DNA of 64,000 nt from Planctomycetota bacterium (lineage in GTDB: Bacteria > Planctomycetota > MHYJ01 > WSZJ01): the NCBI GenBank assembly GCA_038060895.1, contig JBBTCT010000022.1, positions 64,001 to 128,000 of the forward strand, in the 5' to 3' direction. The notes under the pieces are model-generated. The model did no database searches. It saw only the letters and a list, made by a program, of their open reading frames with translations, and was not told where the DNA came from. Below, one piece after another: positions 9,414 to 19,269 of the stretch; within the stretch, counting starts at the first letter, position 1, and each line of letters starts with the position of its first letter. The translations under genes were made by a program, and so were the position numbers.

Positions 9414-10730
9414 ATGACGATTTCGGAAGGGCCTTCGATCCTGGCCGTCGCGGCCCGGATTCCCCCGTACGAATTGCGGGCCGCCGACGTCGCGCGGGCG
9501 TGCGGCCGGCCCCCGGGACCCGGATCCCGCCGGTTCGGGTCATGGGACGAGGACGCATTCACCCTGGCCTTCGCCGCGGCCGATCGGTGCCTCGACGTCG
9601 CGGGCCGTCCGGAAGTGCGTTCCCTGCTTGTTGCGTCCACCACCTGGCCCCAGGCCGTCGCACCGCAGGCCGAACGCCTCGCGACCGCGCTGGACCTGAA
9701 GCCCGACGTCGAGACCGCAACCCTCGCCGGATCTCTCCGCGGCGGAGTCGCGGCCCTTCGCATCGCCCTGGGCGGCGCGCGGCTCCCGGCCCTCGTGGTT
9801 GCAGCCGAGCGCATGGACCGGCCAGCGGGAAACGACGCGGAAGCGTCCGTGGGCGACGCCGGAGTCGCCATCCTCGTCGGCCACGGCGGATTCGCGCGGC
9901 TGGAGCGATGGACGACTCGAAGCGAGGCGGCGGCGTGGGACTCCGCCGATGTGCGCTTCCTGCAGGAGCAGGCGGCGCGGCTCGTCTCCGGGGCGCCTCG
10001 CGAAGGATGTTCGCGCGCGGCGATCTCGGCGCCCGGGAGCCGCCTCGCTCGTGCGGCGGCGCAGAAACTCGGACTGCCGGGCACCGACGCGGCGATGGAC
10101 CGGATTGGTTTCTGCGGCGCGGCGCACCCGCTTCTGGCGCTCGTGGAAGCGATGGAAGGCGCGCGCCCGGGCGAACCGGTGCTGTGGGCGGCCTGCACGG
10201 AGGGACTCGACGCCGCGGTCCTGCACGTTACCGGGGCGGCGGTCGGGAAGTCCTTTGCCGAAGGGCTGGAGCGGGCGACGCCCGTGGCGGAATACGGGAA
10301 GTGGCTCGCCTCGAGGCGCTTCTTTGAAACGGAAGCATCGCGGGAGGTGTTCCGTTCTCCTGCGATGGAACATCGCGACGAAGAGCATCTCCTGCGGCTG
10401 CACGCGGCGAAGTGCAAGGCGTGCGGCCGGCTGGACGCCTTGCCCGGGCCCTGCTGTCCCGCGTGCGGCGAACCGCGCGGGACCGGGCGCGTTCCGCTTC
10501 GCAGGACGGGAACGGTCTTCACGTTCACGCACGAGTCGTACGTGCCGACGCCGTGGCCGCCGGTGACCATGGCGGTGGTGGACCTGGACGGCGGCGGCAG
10601 GATCCTGGTCCCGGCCGCGGACGTTTCTCCGGAAGCCGTGCGCATCGGCCTGCGAGTCCGGCTCGTGCTCCGGCGCCTGCACATGGGCGGCGGGGTGCCG
10701 AACTACTACTGGAAGGCGGTCCCCGAATGA
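9414..10730 (+). CDS. HMG-CoA-synthase-like scaffold fused to DUF35 Zn-ribbon/OB-fold (IaaQ-like thiolase partner)
   Basis: DEDAFTLA, VGDAGVA, IGFCGAAHPLL; C-terminal CKAC...CPAC, GTVFTFT, NYYWKAVP; no Cys at the usual condensing position (AGSLRGG). Confidence 0.85.
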   Translation: MTISEGPSILAVAARIPPYELRAADVARACGRPPGPGSRRFGSWDEDAFTLAFAAADRCLDVAGRPEVRSLLVASTTWPQAVAPQAERLATALDLKPDVETATLAGSLRGGVAALRIALGGARLPALVVAAERMDRPAGNDAEASVGDAGVAILVGHGGFARLERWTTRSEAAAWDSADVRFLQEQAARLVSGAPREGCSRAAISAPGSRLARAAAQKLGLPGTDAAMDRIGFCGAAHPLLALVEAMEGARPGEPVLWAACTEGLDAAVLHVTGAAVGKSFAEGLERATPVAEYGKWLASRRFFETEASREVFRSPAMEHRDEEHLLRLHAAKCKACGRLDALPGPCCPACGEPRGTGRVPLRRTGTVFTFTHESYVPTPWPPVTMAVVDLDGGGRILVPAADVSPEAVRIGLRVRLVLRRLHMGGGVPNYYWKAVPE

Positions 10731-11899
10731 GCGGCCGCGTGGCCATCGTCGGTGCGGGGTGCACGCCCTTCGGCGAGCATTTCGATCTCAGCTACACGGA
10801 CCTCGCCGCCGCGGCGTGCCGCGAAGCGCTGGGCGAGGCGGGAATGCGGCCGCGCGACGTCGGCGCGGCGTGGCTCGGGACGGCGTTTCCGGATGTCGGC
10901 GTCTTCCGCGGGCGATCGGGGATGGATCTGGTGGAAGCGCTGGGGCTCGGGGCGTGCCCTGTGACGCGCGTCTCGAACTACTGCGCGACCGGCGGCGACG
11001 CGATCCGTAACGCGGCGAATGCGCTTCTCGCAGGGGACTGCGACATCGCGCTCGCGGTGGGGGTGGAGAAGCAGAGGGATCGCCCGCCGCAGGAGAGCAT
11101 CGTCAAGCTGATGGTGGAGACCGGGCATCCCTACTACCAGAAGGGTTTCACGGCGGCGGGGACGTTCGCGGTGTTCGCGGTGCGGCGGATGAAGGAGTTC
11201 GGGCTGAAGCGCGAGGATCTCGCGGCGGTCTCGGTGAAAAATCATGCGCATGCGGCGGGGAATCCGCGGGCGCACCACAGGAAAGCGGTCACGGTGGAAC
11301 AGGTGCTCGCGTCCGCGCCCGTCGCCTGGCCGCTGACTCTTCTCGACTGCTGTCCGACGACCGACGGCGCGGCGGCGGTGGTGCTGGTGCGGGAGGAGGA
11401 CGCGAAGAAGTATCCGGGTCGTGTGCTCGTCGCAGGAGTGGGGTTTGCGGTGACGTCGGGGTGGGACGCGCCGTTCCACGATCCGGCGTTTGATTTCATT
11501 GGATTCCCGGCGGTCCGCGAGGCGGCGCGGATCGCGTACGCGCGCGCGGGGATCGGCAACCCGGCGCGGGACGTGCACGTCGCGGAAGTGCACGACTGCT
11601 TCACGATCAACGAACTGATCGCGTGCGAGGACCTCGGGTTCTGCGGGCGCGGGGAGTCGGCGAAGCTGATCGCGGACGGGGTGACGAAGCTGGGCGGGAA
11701 ACTGCCGGTGAATCCCGGCGGCGGGCTGCTCTCGTGCGGGCATCCCGTGGGCGCGACCGGCGTGCGCATGGTGCACGACGTCGTGAGGCAGCTTCAGGGG
11801 AAGGCGGGGAAGTGCCAGGTGCCCGGCGCGCGGGTCGGGCTGACGCAGAACATCGGTGGGCCGGGGGCGGTGGCGTTCGTGTCGGTGCTGACCACATGA
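10727..11899 (+). CDS. Thiolase family protein (SCP2-type; IaaA-like)
   Basis: VAIVGAGCTPFGE, SNYCATGG, DCCPTTDGAAA, EVHDCFT, NPGGGLLSCGHPVGATG; ATGA coupling. Confidence 0.92.
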   Translation: MSGRVAIVGAGCTPFGEHFDLSYTDLAAAACREALGEAGMRPRDVGAAWLGTAFPDVGVFRGRSGMDLVEALGLGACPVTRVSNYCATGGDAIRNAANALLAGDCDIALAVGVEKQRDRPPQESIVKLMVETGHPYYQKGFTAAGTFAVFAVRRMKEFGLKREDLAAVSVKNHAHAAGNPRAHHRKAVTVEQVLASAPVAWPLTLLDCCPTTDGAAAVVLVREEDAKKYPGRVLVAGVGFAVTSGWDAPFHDPAFDFIGFPAVREAARIAYARAGIGNPARDVHVAEVHDCFTINELIACEDLGFCGRGESAKLIADGVTKLGGKLPVNPGGGLLSCGHPVGATGVRMVHDVVRQLQGKAGKCQVPGARVGLTQNIGGPGAVAFVSVLTT

Positions 11900-12324
11900 C
11901 GAAACCCCCTTCCGGCGCGCGTCCGCCGCGCGTCCTCGTCGCCAAGCCCGGCCTCGACGGGCACGACAAGGGCGCGAAGGTGGTCGTGCAGGCTCTTCGC
12001 GACGCAGGGATGGAGGTCATCTACTCGGGTCTGCACGCGTCGCCTGAGGCGGTCGTGAAGGCGGCGATCGAGGAGGACGTGGACGTGGTCGGGCTGAGCG
12101 TGCTGTCAGGGGCGCACCTGCCGATCTGCCGGCGCGTCTGCGACGGCCTCCGCGGGACCGGAAAGGCGGTGGTGCTCGGCGGCGTGGTGCCGCAGGGCGA
12201 CGAGGCCGAGTTGCGCGCGATGGGGGTCGAAGCGGTGTTCCGCATGGGCGCCCCGTTCGAGGAGATCGCCGAGTGGATCCGTCACAGGACCGGAAAGTCG
12301 TCGCCGAGTCCGGCTTCGAAATAA
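11896..12324 (+). CDS. Cobalamin-binding small subunit of an acyl-CoA mutase
   Basis: KPGLDGHDKGAKVV (DxHxxG), GLSVLSGAH, LGGVVP. Confidence 0.92.
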   Translation: MTKPPSGARPPRVLVAKPGLDGHDKGAKVVVQALRDAGMEVIYSGLHASPEAVVKAAIEEDVDVVGLSVLSGAHLPICRRVCDGLRGTGKAVVLGGVVPQGDEAELRAMGVEAVFRMGAPFEEIAEWIRHRTGKSSPSPASK

Positions 12325-13862
12325 AGCCGGTCTACACGGCCGCCGACGCCGCGGGACTCGATCCCGGACGGCCGGGGGAGTTTCCGTTCACGCGCGGCAT
12401 CCACCCGCAGATGTACCGGAAGCAGCCGTGGACGATGCGCCAGTACGCGGGGTTCGGGACGCCCGCGCAGACCAACGAGCGGTTCCGCTCCCTCATCGCG
12501 CACGGGCAGAACGCCCTGAACGTGGCGTTCGATCTTCCGACGCAGCTCGGGCTCGACTCGGACGACCCGCGGGCGGAAGGAGAGGTCGGGCGGGTCGGGA
12601 TGGCCGTGGACACGCTGGACGACATGGAGCGGGCCTTCGAGGGGATCCCGCTCGGCAAAGTGTCGACGGCGCTGACCATCAACGCGCCGGCCCTCGTCAT
12701 GCTCGCGATGCACCTCGCGGCGGCGGAGAAACAGGGCGTCCCGGCCACCGAGGTCCGCGGAACGCTTCAGAATGACATCCTCAAGGAGTTCATCGGCCGC
12801 GGCGCCTGGATCTACCCCGCGGGTCCCTCGGTCCGCCTCGTCGCCGACTCGATCGAGTACTGCGCGAAGTCCGCGCCGAAATACAACGCCGTCTCCGTCT
12901 GCGGTTACCACCTGCGCGAGAGCGGCGCGACCCCGGCCGAGGAAATGGCGCTCGCGTTCGAAATCGCCCGCGCCTACCTCGACTCCGCGATCGCCCGCGG
13001 CGTCACCGTCGACGACGTGGCCGGCAAGATCACCTTCAACCTCAACGTCTTCGGCAACCTCTGGGAACAGGTCGCGAAATTCCGGGCGGGGCGGAAGCGA
13101 TGGGCCTCGATCGTGCGCGACGAGTACCGCGCGAAGGAACCGAAGTCCGCGCAGCTGCGCATGCTCGCGGGCGGCGGCGGCGGCGGCCTGACCATCGAGG
13201 AGCCCGAGAACAACATCGTCCGCGGCGCCTATTACGCCCTCGCCGCGGCCCTCGGCGGCGCGCAGACGATGGCCCTCTGCTGCTACGACGAGGCCTACAG
13301 CATCCCCACCGAAAAGGCGTCCCTCCTCTCTCTCCGCACCATGCAGATCCTCGCCGAGGAGGTCGGCCTCTGCGACACCGCGGACCCGCTCGGCGGATCG
13401 TATTTCGTGGAAGCGCTGACGGCGGAGATGGAGAAGAAGATCGTCGCGGCCGAGAAAGAAGTGCGTGCGCTGGGAGGCGTGGTGAAAGCGATCGAAGACG
13501 GGACGATCCAGCGGAAGCTCGCGCGCCAGGCCTACGAGTCGGAGAAGCGGCTCCGCTCGGGCGAGACGCCGAAAGTGGGGGTCAACCGCCACGCCGTCGC
13601 GGGCGCGCCCGCGCCGAAGGTCGAGACGCACCCGTACGACTCCGCCTCCGCAGACCGGAAAATCGGCGACCTGCGTGCCCTTCGCGCCCGCCGTTCGTCC
13701 GACGCGGTCCGCGCTTCCCTCGACGCCGTCCGCCGCGCCGCGGCCGGAACGGCAAACCTGGTGCCGCCGATCCTCGAGGCCGTGAAGGCCCGCGCGACCG
13801 TGGGCGAAATCTGCGGCACGCTCAAGGACGTCTTCGGCGAATTCCGGGAGCCGAGATTCTGA
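12273..13862 (+). CDS. B12-dependent acyl-CoA mutase large subunit (methylmalonyl-CoA mutase family; likely arylsuccinyl-CoA mutase, IaaGH-like)
   Basis: PGEFPFTRG, WTMRQYAGFG, AFDLPTQ, GTLQNDILKE, GYHLRESGA, YDEA, DPLGGSYFVE, ATVGEI. Confidence 0.92.
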   Translation: MDPSQDRKVVAESGFEIKPVYTAADAAGLDPGRPGEFPFTRGIHPQMYRKQPWTMRQYAGFGTPAQTNERFRSLIAHGQNALNVAFDLPTQLGLDSDDPRAEGEVGRVGMAVDTLDDMERAFEGIPLGKVSTALTINAPALVMLAMHLAAAEKQGVPATEVRGTLQNDILKEFIGRGAWIYPAGPSVRLVADSIEYCAKSAPKYNAVSVCGYHLRESGATPAEEMALAFEIARAYLDSAIARGVTVDDVAGKITFNLNVFGNLWEQVAKFRAGRKRWASIVRDEYRAKEPKSAQLRMLAGGGGGGLTIEEPENNIVRGAYYALAAALGGAQTMALCCYDEAYSIPTEKASLLSLRTMQILAEEVGLCDTADPLGGSYFVEALTAEMEKKIVAAEKEVRALGGVVKAIEDGTIQRKLARQAYESEKRLRSGETPKVGVNRHAVAGAPAPKVETHPYDSASADRKIGDLRALRARRSSDAVRASLDAVRRAAAGTANLVPPILEAVKARATVGEICGTLKDVFGEFREPRF

Positions 13863-15034
13863 TGCTCAAAGGATTCCGCATCCTCGACCTGACCCGCATG
13901 CTGGCGGGCCCGTACGCTTCCATGATCCTCGGCGATCTCGGCGCGGAGGTCGTGAAGATCGAGCCCCCCGAAGGCGACGAGATCCGGAAGATGGGGCCGC
14001 CGTTCGTGAAGGGGGAGTCCGCGTACTTCATGGCGGTCAACCGAAACAAGAAGTCCGTCGTGCTCGACCTGCGCGACCCGGCCGCGCGCGCCGCCTTCGA
14101 CCGGCTCGCCGCGAAAGCGGACGTCGTCCTCGATAACTTCCGCCCCGGAGTCATGGACCGTCTCGGGATCGGCCACACCCGCCTCCATGAGGTAAACCCG
14201 CGCCTCGTCCTCTGCTCGCTCACGTCGTTCGGCGAGGAAGGCCCGATGCGCGATCTTCCCGCGTTCGACCTCATCGTGCAGGCCTGGTCGGGAGCGCTTT
14301 CGCTGACGGGCGAGCCGGGCGGTTCCCCAGCGCGGCTCGGCATCCCGATGGGAGATCTCGCCGGCGGCATGTACTCCACAGTCGCGATCCTCGGGGCGCT
14401 TCTCGAGCGCACGAAAACCGGCAAGGGCCGCAGGCTGGAACTCTCGCTTCTCGACTGTCTCACCGCCATGACGACGTACCTCGCCCAGTACTGGTTCGCC
14501 GACGGAAAAGTCCCGGGCCCGCAGGGGACCCGGCACCTCTCCGTCGTCCCCTACGGCGCGTACGAGGCCGCCGACGGCTGCCTCGTGGTCGGCGTCTTCA
14601 CGGAGCGCTTCTGGCAGGGTTTCTGCCGCGCGCTCGGTCGGCCGGAGTGGGAGCTGGATCCGCGCTGGAGCGCGAACGAGTTGCGCGTGAAGAACCGGAA
14701 GGAACTCGAAGCGCTGATTGCGGAAACGCTCGCGGCGCTTCCCGTTCAGGAATGGCTGACGCGCCTCAATGCGGAAGGGGTTCCTGCCGCGCCTGTCCTC
14801 ACTCTCGACCGGACGCTCGGCCTCGAACAGCTCCTCCTGCGGGGCATGGTCCAGCGCTTCACACACCCGGTCGCCGGAGACGTCCCGACGCTGGGCGACC
14901 CGATCCTCCGGGGGCGCCCGGGGCCGCCGCCGCTGCTGGGGGAGCACACCGAATCCGTACTTCGCGAAATCGCGGGACTGTCCGCGGCCGAAGCGGCGGC
15001 GCTCGCGAAAGGGGGGCGCGCCGCGGCGCGTTGA
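13862..15034 (+). CDS. Class III CoA-transferase (CaiB/BaiF); IaaL-like by context
   Basis: RILDLTRMLAGPY, LGDLGAEVVKIEPP, NRNKKSV, DNFRPG, PMGDLAGG (catalytic Asp), PPLLGEHT. Confidence 0.92.
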   Translation: MLKGFRILDLTRMLAGPYASMILGDLGAEVVKIEPPEGDEIRKMGPPFVKGESAYFMAVNRNKKSVVLDLRDPAARAAFDRLAAKADVVLDNFRPGVMDRLGIGHTRLHEVNPRLVLCSLTSFGEEGPMRDLPAFDLIVQAWSGALSLTGEPGGSPARLGIPMGDLAGGMYSTVAILGALLERTKTGKGRRLELSLLDCLTAMTTYLAQYWFADGKVPGPQGTRHLSVVPYGAYEAADGCLVVGVFTERFWQGFCRALGRPEWELDPRWSANELRVKNRKELEALIAETLAALPVQEWLTRLNAEGVPAAPVLTLDRTLGLEQLLLRGMVQRFTHPVAGDVPTLGDPILRGRPGPPPLLGEHTESVLREIAGLSAAEAAALAKGGRAAAR

Positions 15035-15043
15035 CCCCGATGA

Positions 15044-15056
15044 TGAAGCACATTAA
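15044..15056. promoter_or_regulatory. Operator-like palindrome copy 2 (TGAAGCACATTAA)
   Basis: Reverse complement of 15043-15056 (TTAATGTGCTTCAT) is 13/14 identical to 30798-30811; directly upstream of hydantoinase A. Confidence 0.6.
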
Positions 15057-15098
15057 CCTTCTTGTGAGGCGGCGGCCCGCAACATTCCGGAGCCCGGC

Positions 15099-17150
15099 AT
15101 GCGCATAGGAATCGACGTCGGCGGCACATTCACGGACGTCATCGGGATCGACCGCGAAGCCCGGGTGACGGTGCGGAAGACGTACACCACGCCGGCGGAC
15201 CCGTCGGAGGGAGTCGTGACGGGGATCGGGAAGCTGCTGGCGGCCGCCGGCGCGACGGCCCGTGACGCGGAGCTCGTCGTGCACGGGACGACGATCGGCA
15301 CCAACGCGCTCCTGACGCGGAACGGCGTGAAGACGGGCATGCTCACGACGGCCGGCTTTCGCGACGTCCTCGAGATCGGCCGGGTGCAGCGCCCCGCCGC
15401 GGGCCTGTACGACATCAACGTGGACAATCCTCCGCCTCTCGTACCCCGGGCGCTCCGGCTTGAGGCCGTCGAGCGTGTCGGGAGCAAAGGCGAGGTGGTC
15501 ACGCCGCTCGACGAGGCGTCCGTCCGCGTCGCGGCCGGTGTCTTCCGCGTCGAAAAAGTCCGCGCCGTCGCCGTCTGCTTCCTCTTCTCGTTTCTCAATC
15601 CGTCGCACGAAAGACGCGCCCGCGAGATCCTCGCGAAGGAACTCCCCGGGGTTTACGTCGCGATTTCGAGCGACGTGTGCCCCGAGTTCCGCGAATTCGA
15701 GCGCTCTTCGACCGTCGTGATCAGCGCTTACCTCGCGCCGATCGTGGAGTCGTACGTGGAAAGGCTGTCGAAACGCCTTGCGGACAGCTACCCGTCGACG
15801 CAACTGCGGCTGGTGCAGGCGAACGGCGGCGCGATGCGGGCGGCGGCGGCGAAGGGACGCGCGGTGCACCTCGTCAATTCGGGGCCGGCCGGGGGCGCGA
15901 CGGCGGCGGCCTGGCTCGGGCGGCTGACCGACGAACCGCAGATCGTCGCGGTGGACATGGGCGGGACATCGTTCGACATCAGCCTCATCGCGGAGGGAGT
16001 GGCGCACGTCACGACGACCGCGAAGTTCGACGGCTACCCGATCAAGATCGCCATGGACGACGTCAACGTCATCGGCGCCGGCGGCGGGTCGATCGCCTGG
16101 GTCGACCGCGGCGGCGCCCTCTGCGTCGGCCCCCAGAGCGCCTCCGCTGTCCCCGGCCCCGCCTGCTACGGCCGCGGCGGCGCCGAGCCCACCGTCACCG
16201 ACGCCAACGTCGCCCTCGGCCGCATCAGCCCCGGGTACTTCCTCGGCGGCGAAATCGCCCTCCGAAAGGACCTCGCCGAGAAAGTCATCCGCGACCGCGT
16301 CGCCGGACCCCTCGGCCTTTCCTTCGAGGAGGCCGCCTTCGGAATCCTCCGCGTCGTCAACGCGAACATGGCCAAGGGCATCGCCGCCGTCTCCACACAG
16401 CGCGGCCACGACCCCCGCGAGTTCTCCCTCCTCGCCTTCGGCGGCGCAGGGCCGCTTCACGCGGTAGAAATGGGCCTGGACCTGGCCATGAAGCGCGTCC
16501 TGATCCCGCCTTACCCGGGCGCCTTCTCGGCGTTCGGGTTGCTCGTCGCGGACACGCGCCACGATTTCACCCGCACGGTGATGATTTCGCAGGAAGACCT
16601 GGACCCGGCCGCCCTCGGGAGGACTTTCGCAGAGCTGGAGGAACGCGGCGTCGCGGAGCTGGAAGCGGACGGGATCGCGAGGAAGGACCGCCGGGTGCTC
16701 TGGTCCGCGGACCTGCGCTTCGAGGGACAGTCGTACGAGCTGAACGTGCCGGTGGGGCGGAAACCGAAGCCCGACGTGGAGTCGATGCTGACGGAGTTCG
16801 AGAAGCTGCACGAGCGGATCTACGCGTTCAAGGCCGTGGACGAACGGACGGTGGTGGTGAACCTGCGCGTCACGGCGATCGGCGTCACGCCGGAGATCGA
16901 CCTGCCGCGGCCGGCGAAGGGCACGAAGGACGCGAAAGGGGCGTTGAAGGGGAGGCGGAAGGTGTACTTCGGCGGGAAAGGGTGGGTGGACTCGGGGATC
17001 TACGAGCGGGCGAAGCTGAAGGCGGGGAACGTCGTCGCCGGCCCCGCCGTGGTGGAGGAGGAAATCTCATGCACCGTGGTGCCGCCGGGACTGTCGCTGC
17101 TCGTGGACGCGTTCGGGGTGCTGGTCGTGGACCTGGAGGGAACGCGATGA
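15099..17150 (+). CDS. Hydantoinase/oxoprolinase subunit A (ATP-dependent; IaaCE-like by context)
   Basis: IGIDVGGTFTD, HGTTIGTNAL, EFREFERSST, SGPAGG, DMGGTSFD, IGAGGGSI, PTVTDAN, AFGGAGPLH. Confidence 0.93.
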   Translation: MRIGIDVGGTFTDVIGIDREARVTVRKTYTTPADPSEGVVTGIGKLLAAAGATARDAELVVHGTTIGTNALLTRNGVKTGMLTTAGFRDVLEIGRVQRPAAGLYDINVDNPPPLVPRALRLEAVERVGSKGEVVTPLDEASVRVAAGVFRVEKVRAVAVCFLFSFLNPSHERRAREILAKELPGVYVAISSDVCPEFREFERSSTVVISAYLAPIVESYVERLSKRLADSYPSTQLRLVQANGGAMRAAAAKGRAVHLVNSGPAGGATAAAWLGRLTDEPQIVAVDMGGTSFDISLIAEGVAHVTTTAKFDGYPIKIAMDDVNVIGAGGGSIAWVDRGGALCVGPQSASAVPGPACYGRGGAEPTVTDANVALGRISPGYFLGGEIALRKDLAEKVIRDRVAGPLGLSFEEAAFGILRVVNANMAKGIAAVSTQRGHDPREFSLLAFGGAGPLHAVEMGLDLAMKRVLIPPYPGAFSAFGLLVADTRHDFTRTVMISQEDLDPAALGRTFAELEERGVAELEADGIARKDRRVLWSADLRFEGQSYELNVPVGRKPKPDVESMLTEFEKLHERIYAFKAVDERTVVVNLRVTAIGVTPEIDLPRPAKGTKDAKGALKGRRKVYFGGKGWVDSGIYERAKLKAGNVVAGPAVVEEEISCTVVPPGLSLLVDAFGVLVVDLEGTR

Positions 17151-18787
17151 AATCCGACCCGGTCACGACGCAGGTCATCCGCTACCGCATGGAGTCGATC
17201 GCCGACGAAATGGGATTCACGCTCGTGCGGACGTCCCGCTCCACGGTGATCAAGGAAATCGAGGACATCTCGTGCGCGGTGTTCGACCGGCGCGGACGGA
17301 CGATCGCGCAGGGGCACCACGCGCCGATGCTGTTGACGGGATTCGAATTCACGATGGCCGCGCTCCTGGAACGCGTGAAGGACTGGGAGGAAGGGGACGT
17401 CGTGCTGTCGAACGACCCGTACCTCGGCGGGCAGCACCTGACGGACCTGCAGACGTTCTCGCCGGTTTTCTACAAAGGGAAGCTGTCGGGGTTCGTCGGC
17501 AACATCGCGCACCACTCGGACGTCGGCGGCTCTGCTCCCGGCACCGTCACCGGCGGGCTCACCGAGATCTTCCAGGAGGGCCTGCGCCTCCCGATGGTCA
17601 AGCTGTACCGCGCCGGCGTCGAAGCGCCGGACATCTTCGGCATCCTGCGCGCCAACATCCGCGTTCCCGACAAGACACTGGGCGACCTGCGCGCCCAGGC
17701 GGCGGCCGGATTCGTTGGCGTCCGGCGCCTCAAGGAAACGCTCGAGCGCTACGGCCCCGGCGTCGTCGAGGCCGCGACGGAAGAACTCATGGCCCACTCG
17801 GAGAAGCGGATCCGGGCGGCGCTTCGAGAAATCCCCGACGGGACCTACTCTGGCGAGGATTTCGTCGACGACGACGGGATCTCAGACCAGCCGATCCGGA
17901 TCTGCGTGAACGTCCGGAAAAAGGGCGACGGCGCGACTGTGGACTTCACCGGGTCGAGCCCGCAGGTGGTGGGAAACCTGAATTGCCCGATCGCGACGGC
18001 GCACGCCGCCGTCTACTACGCGCTGATCGCCGTCCTCGATCCCCACGTGCCGCCCAATTCCGGCTGCTACCGCCCCTTCAAGGTGGTCGCCGAAGAAGGA
18101 CTCGTCATGAACCCCCGCCCTCCCGCGGCGGTCCAGGCCCGCACGAACACCTCCCAGAAGATTTCCGAGGCCACGCTCCGCGCCCTCGCGCTCGCACTTC
18201 CCGACCGCGTCACGGCCGGCTCGCACGGGAACATCATGACCAACGCCTTCGCAGGCTGGTACCCGGGGACCCACAAGCGCTTCGTCTGCATCGACATCCA
18301 GGGCGGCGGCGCTGGTGCGCGCCCCACCAAGGACGGGCGCGACGGGCAGGACTCCCACCTCGCGCGCTTTATGAATACGCCCACCGAGGCCCAGGAACTG
18401 GAATACCCGCTTCGCGTCGAGCGGTACGAGTTCATCCCCGATACAGGCGGTGCCGGGAAGTACCGCGGCGCCCTCGCTCTCCGCCGCGACATCCGCGCCC
18501 TCTCGGACATGACCTTCTCGCGCTACGCCGACCGGCAGAAGTTCCCGCCCTTCGGCGTGCTGGGCGGCAAGGACGGCTCGTGCGGCGAAACGCGCATCAA
18601 CGGGAAAAAGACGAAAGCGAAGGGGATCGACCGCCTGAAGGCCGGTGACGTCGTGAGCCTTCTCACGCCCGGCGCGGGCGGCTACGGGAAGCCGGGCGAG
18701 CGCGATCCCGAGGCGGTCCGACGCGACGTCCGCGACGGAAAGGTCACCGCAGAAGCCGCTCGGCGCGATTACGGAATCGACTCATGA
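17147..18787 (+). CDS. Hydantoinase/oxoprolinase subunit B
   Basis: DPVT..VI, RTSRSTVIKE, NDPYLGGQHLTD, HHSDVGG, IFQEGL, GGAGKYRG, TPGAGGYG; ATGA coupling. Confidence 0.93.
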   Translation: MKSDPVTTQVIRYRMESIADEMGFTLVRTSRSTVIKEIEDISCAVFDRRGRTIAQGHHAPMLLTGFEFTMAALLERVKDWEEGDVVLSNDPYLGGQHLTDLQTFSPVFYKGKLSGFVGNIAHHSDVGGSAPGTVTGGLTEIFQEGLRLPMVKLYRAGVEAPDIFGILRANIRVPDKTLGDLRAQAAAGFVGVRRLKETLERYGPGVVEAATEELMAHSEKRIRAALREIPDGTYSGEDFVDDDGISDQPIRICVNVRKKGDGATVDFTGSSPQVVGNLNCPIATAHAAVYYALIAVLDPHVPPNSGCYRPFKVVAEEGLVMNPRPPAAVQARTNTSQKISEATLRALALALPDRVTAGSHGNIMTNAFAGWYPGTHKRFVCIDIQGGGAGARPTKDGRDGQDSHLARFMNTPTEAQELEYPLRVERYEFIPDTGGAGKYRGALALRRDIRALSDMTFSRYADRQKFPPFGVLGGKDGSCGETRINGKKTKAKGIDRLKAGDVVSLLTPGAGGYGKPGERDPEAVRRDVRDGKVTAEAARRDYGIDS

Positions 18788-19269
18788 GCGCGATTCCCGA
18801 CGGCCTCGCCTTCGAACCCGGCCGCATCACCCTTCGCGGCGTCCGCTTCCTCCTCGTCCGCCCCGAGACCCTCGTCGGTTTCCAGAAGGCGGTCGAGCAT
18901 GAAGCGGGTGAGATTGCGAAGCGCAGTCTGATGGCCGGCGGCATCGACGGCGGCGGCCGGTCCGCGCGGCGCCTGCGCGACGGCGGGCTGAAGGGCCGGG
19001 AGGTTGTCGAGGCGATGTGCCGCATGGGAACCGAGATCGGTTGGGGGAGGTTCCGCATCGAAGGATTCGCGGACGGCGGGTTCGAAATGGCGATCGAGTC
19101 GTCGCCGTACGCCGAGGCCTACGGGCCCTCGCCACATCCCGTCTGCCATTTCCTCGCGGGAGTCGCGCAGGGCATCGGGGAAGCGGTGTACGGCGCGGCG
19201 GCGGCCGAGGAGATCGCGTGCGCGAGTGCCGGGGCGCCGGCGTGCCGGTTCGAGGTGAAGAAGCGATGA
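18784..19269 (+). CDS. Stand-alone V4R-domain protein
   Basis: GWGRF, PVCHFLAG, EEIAC...GAPACRFEV; coupled to neighbours at both ends. Confidence 0.85.
   Translation: MSAIPDGLAFEPGRITLRGVRFLLVRPETLVGFQKAVEHEAGEIAKRSLMAGGIDGGGRSARRLRDGGLKGREVVEAMCRMGTEIGWGRFRIEGFADGGFEMAIESSPYAEAYGPSPHPVCHFLAGVAQGIGEAVYGAAAAEEIACASAGAPACRFEVKKR

Noticed and set aside
13100-13861. Long N-terminal extensions in the ORF track (13100, 15677, 35932, 10412, 40813, 46180 and others)
   Set aside because: They overlap upstream genes in other frames; the likely true starts sit at stop/start overlaps or after an RBS.
15031-15044. FNR/CRP box (TTGACCCCGATGAT)
   Set aside because: Poor right half-site and overlaps a stop codon; the adjacent TTAA-type palindrome explains the region better.
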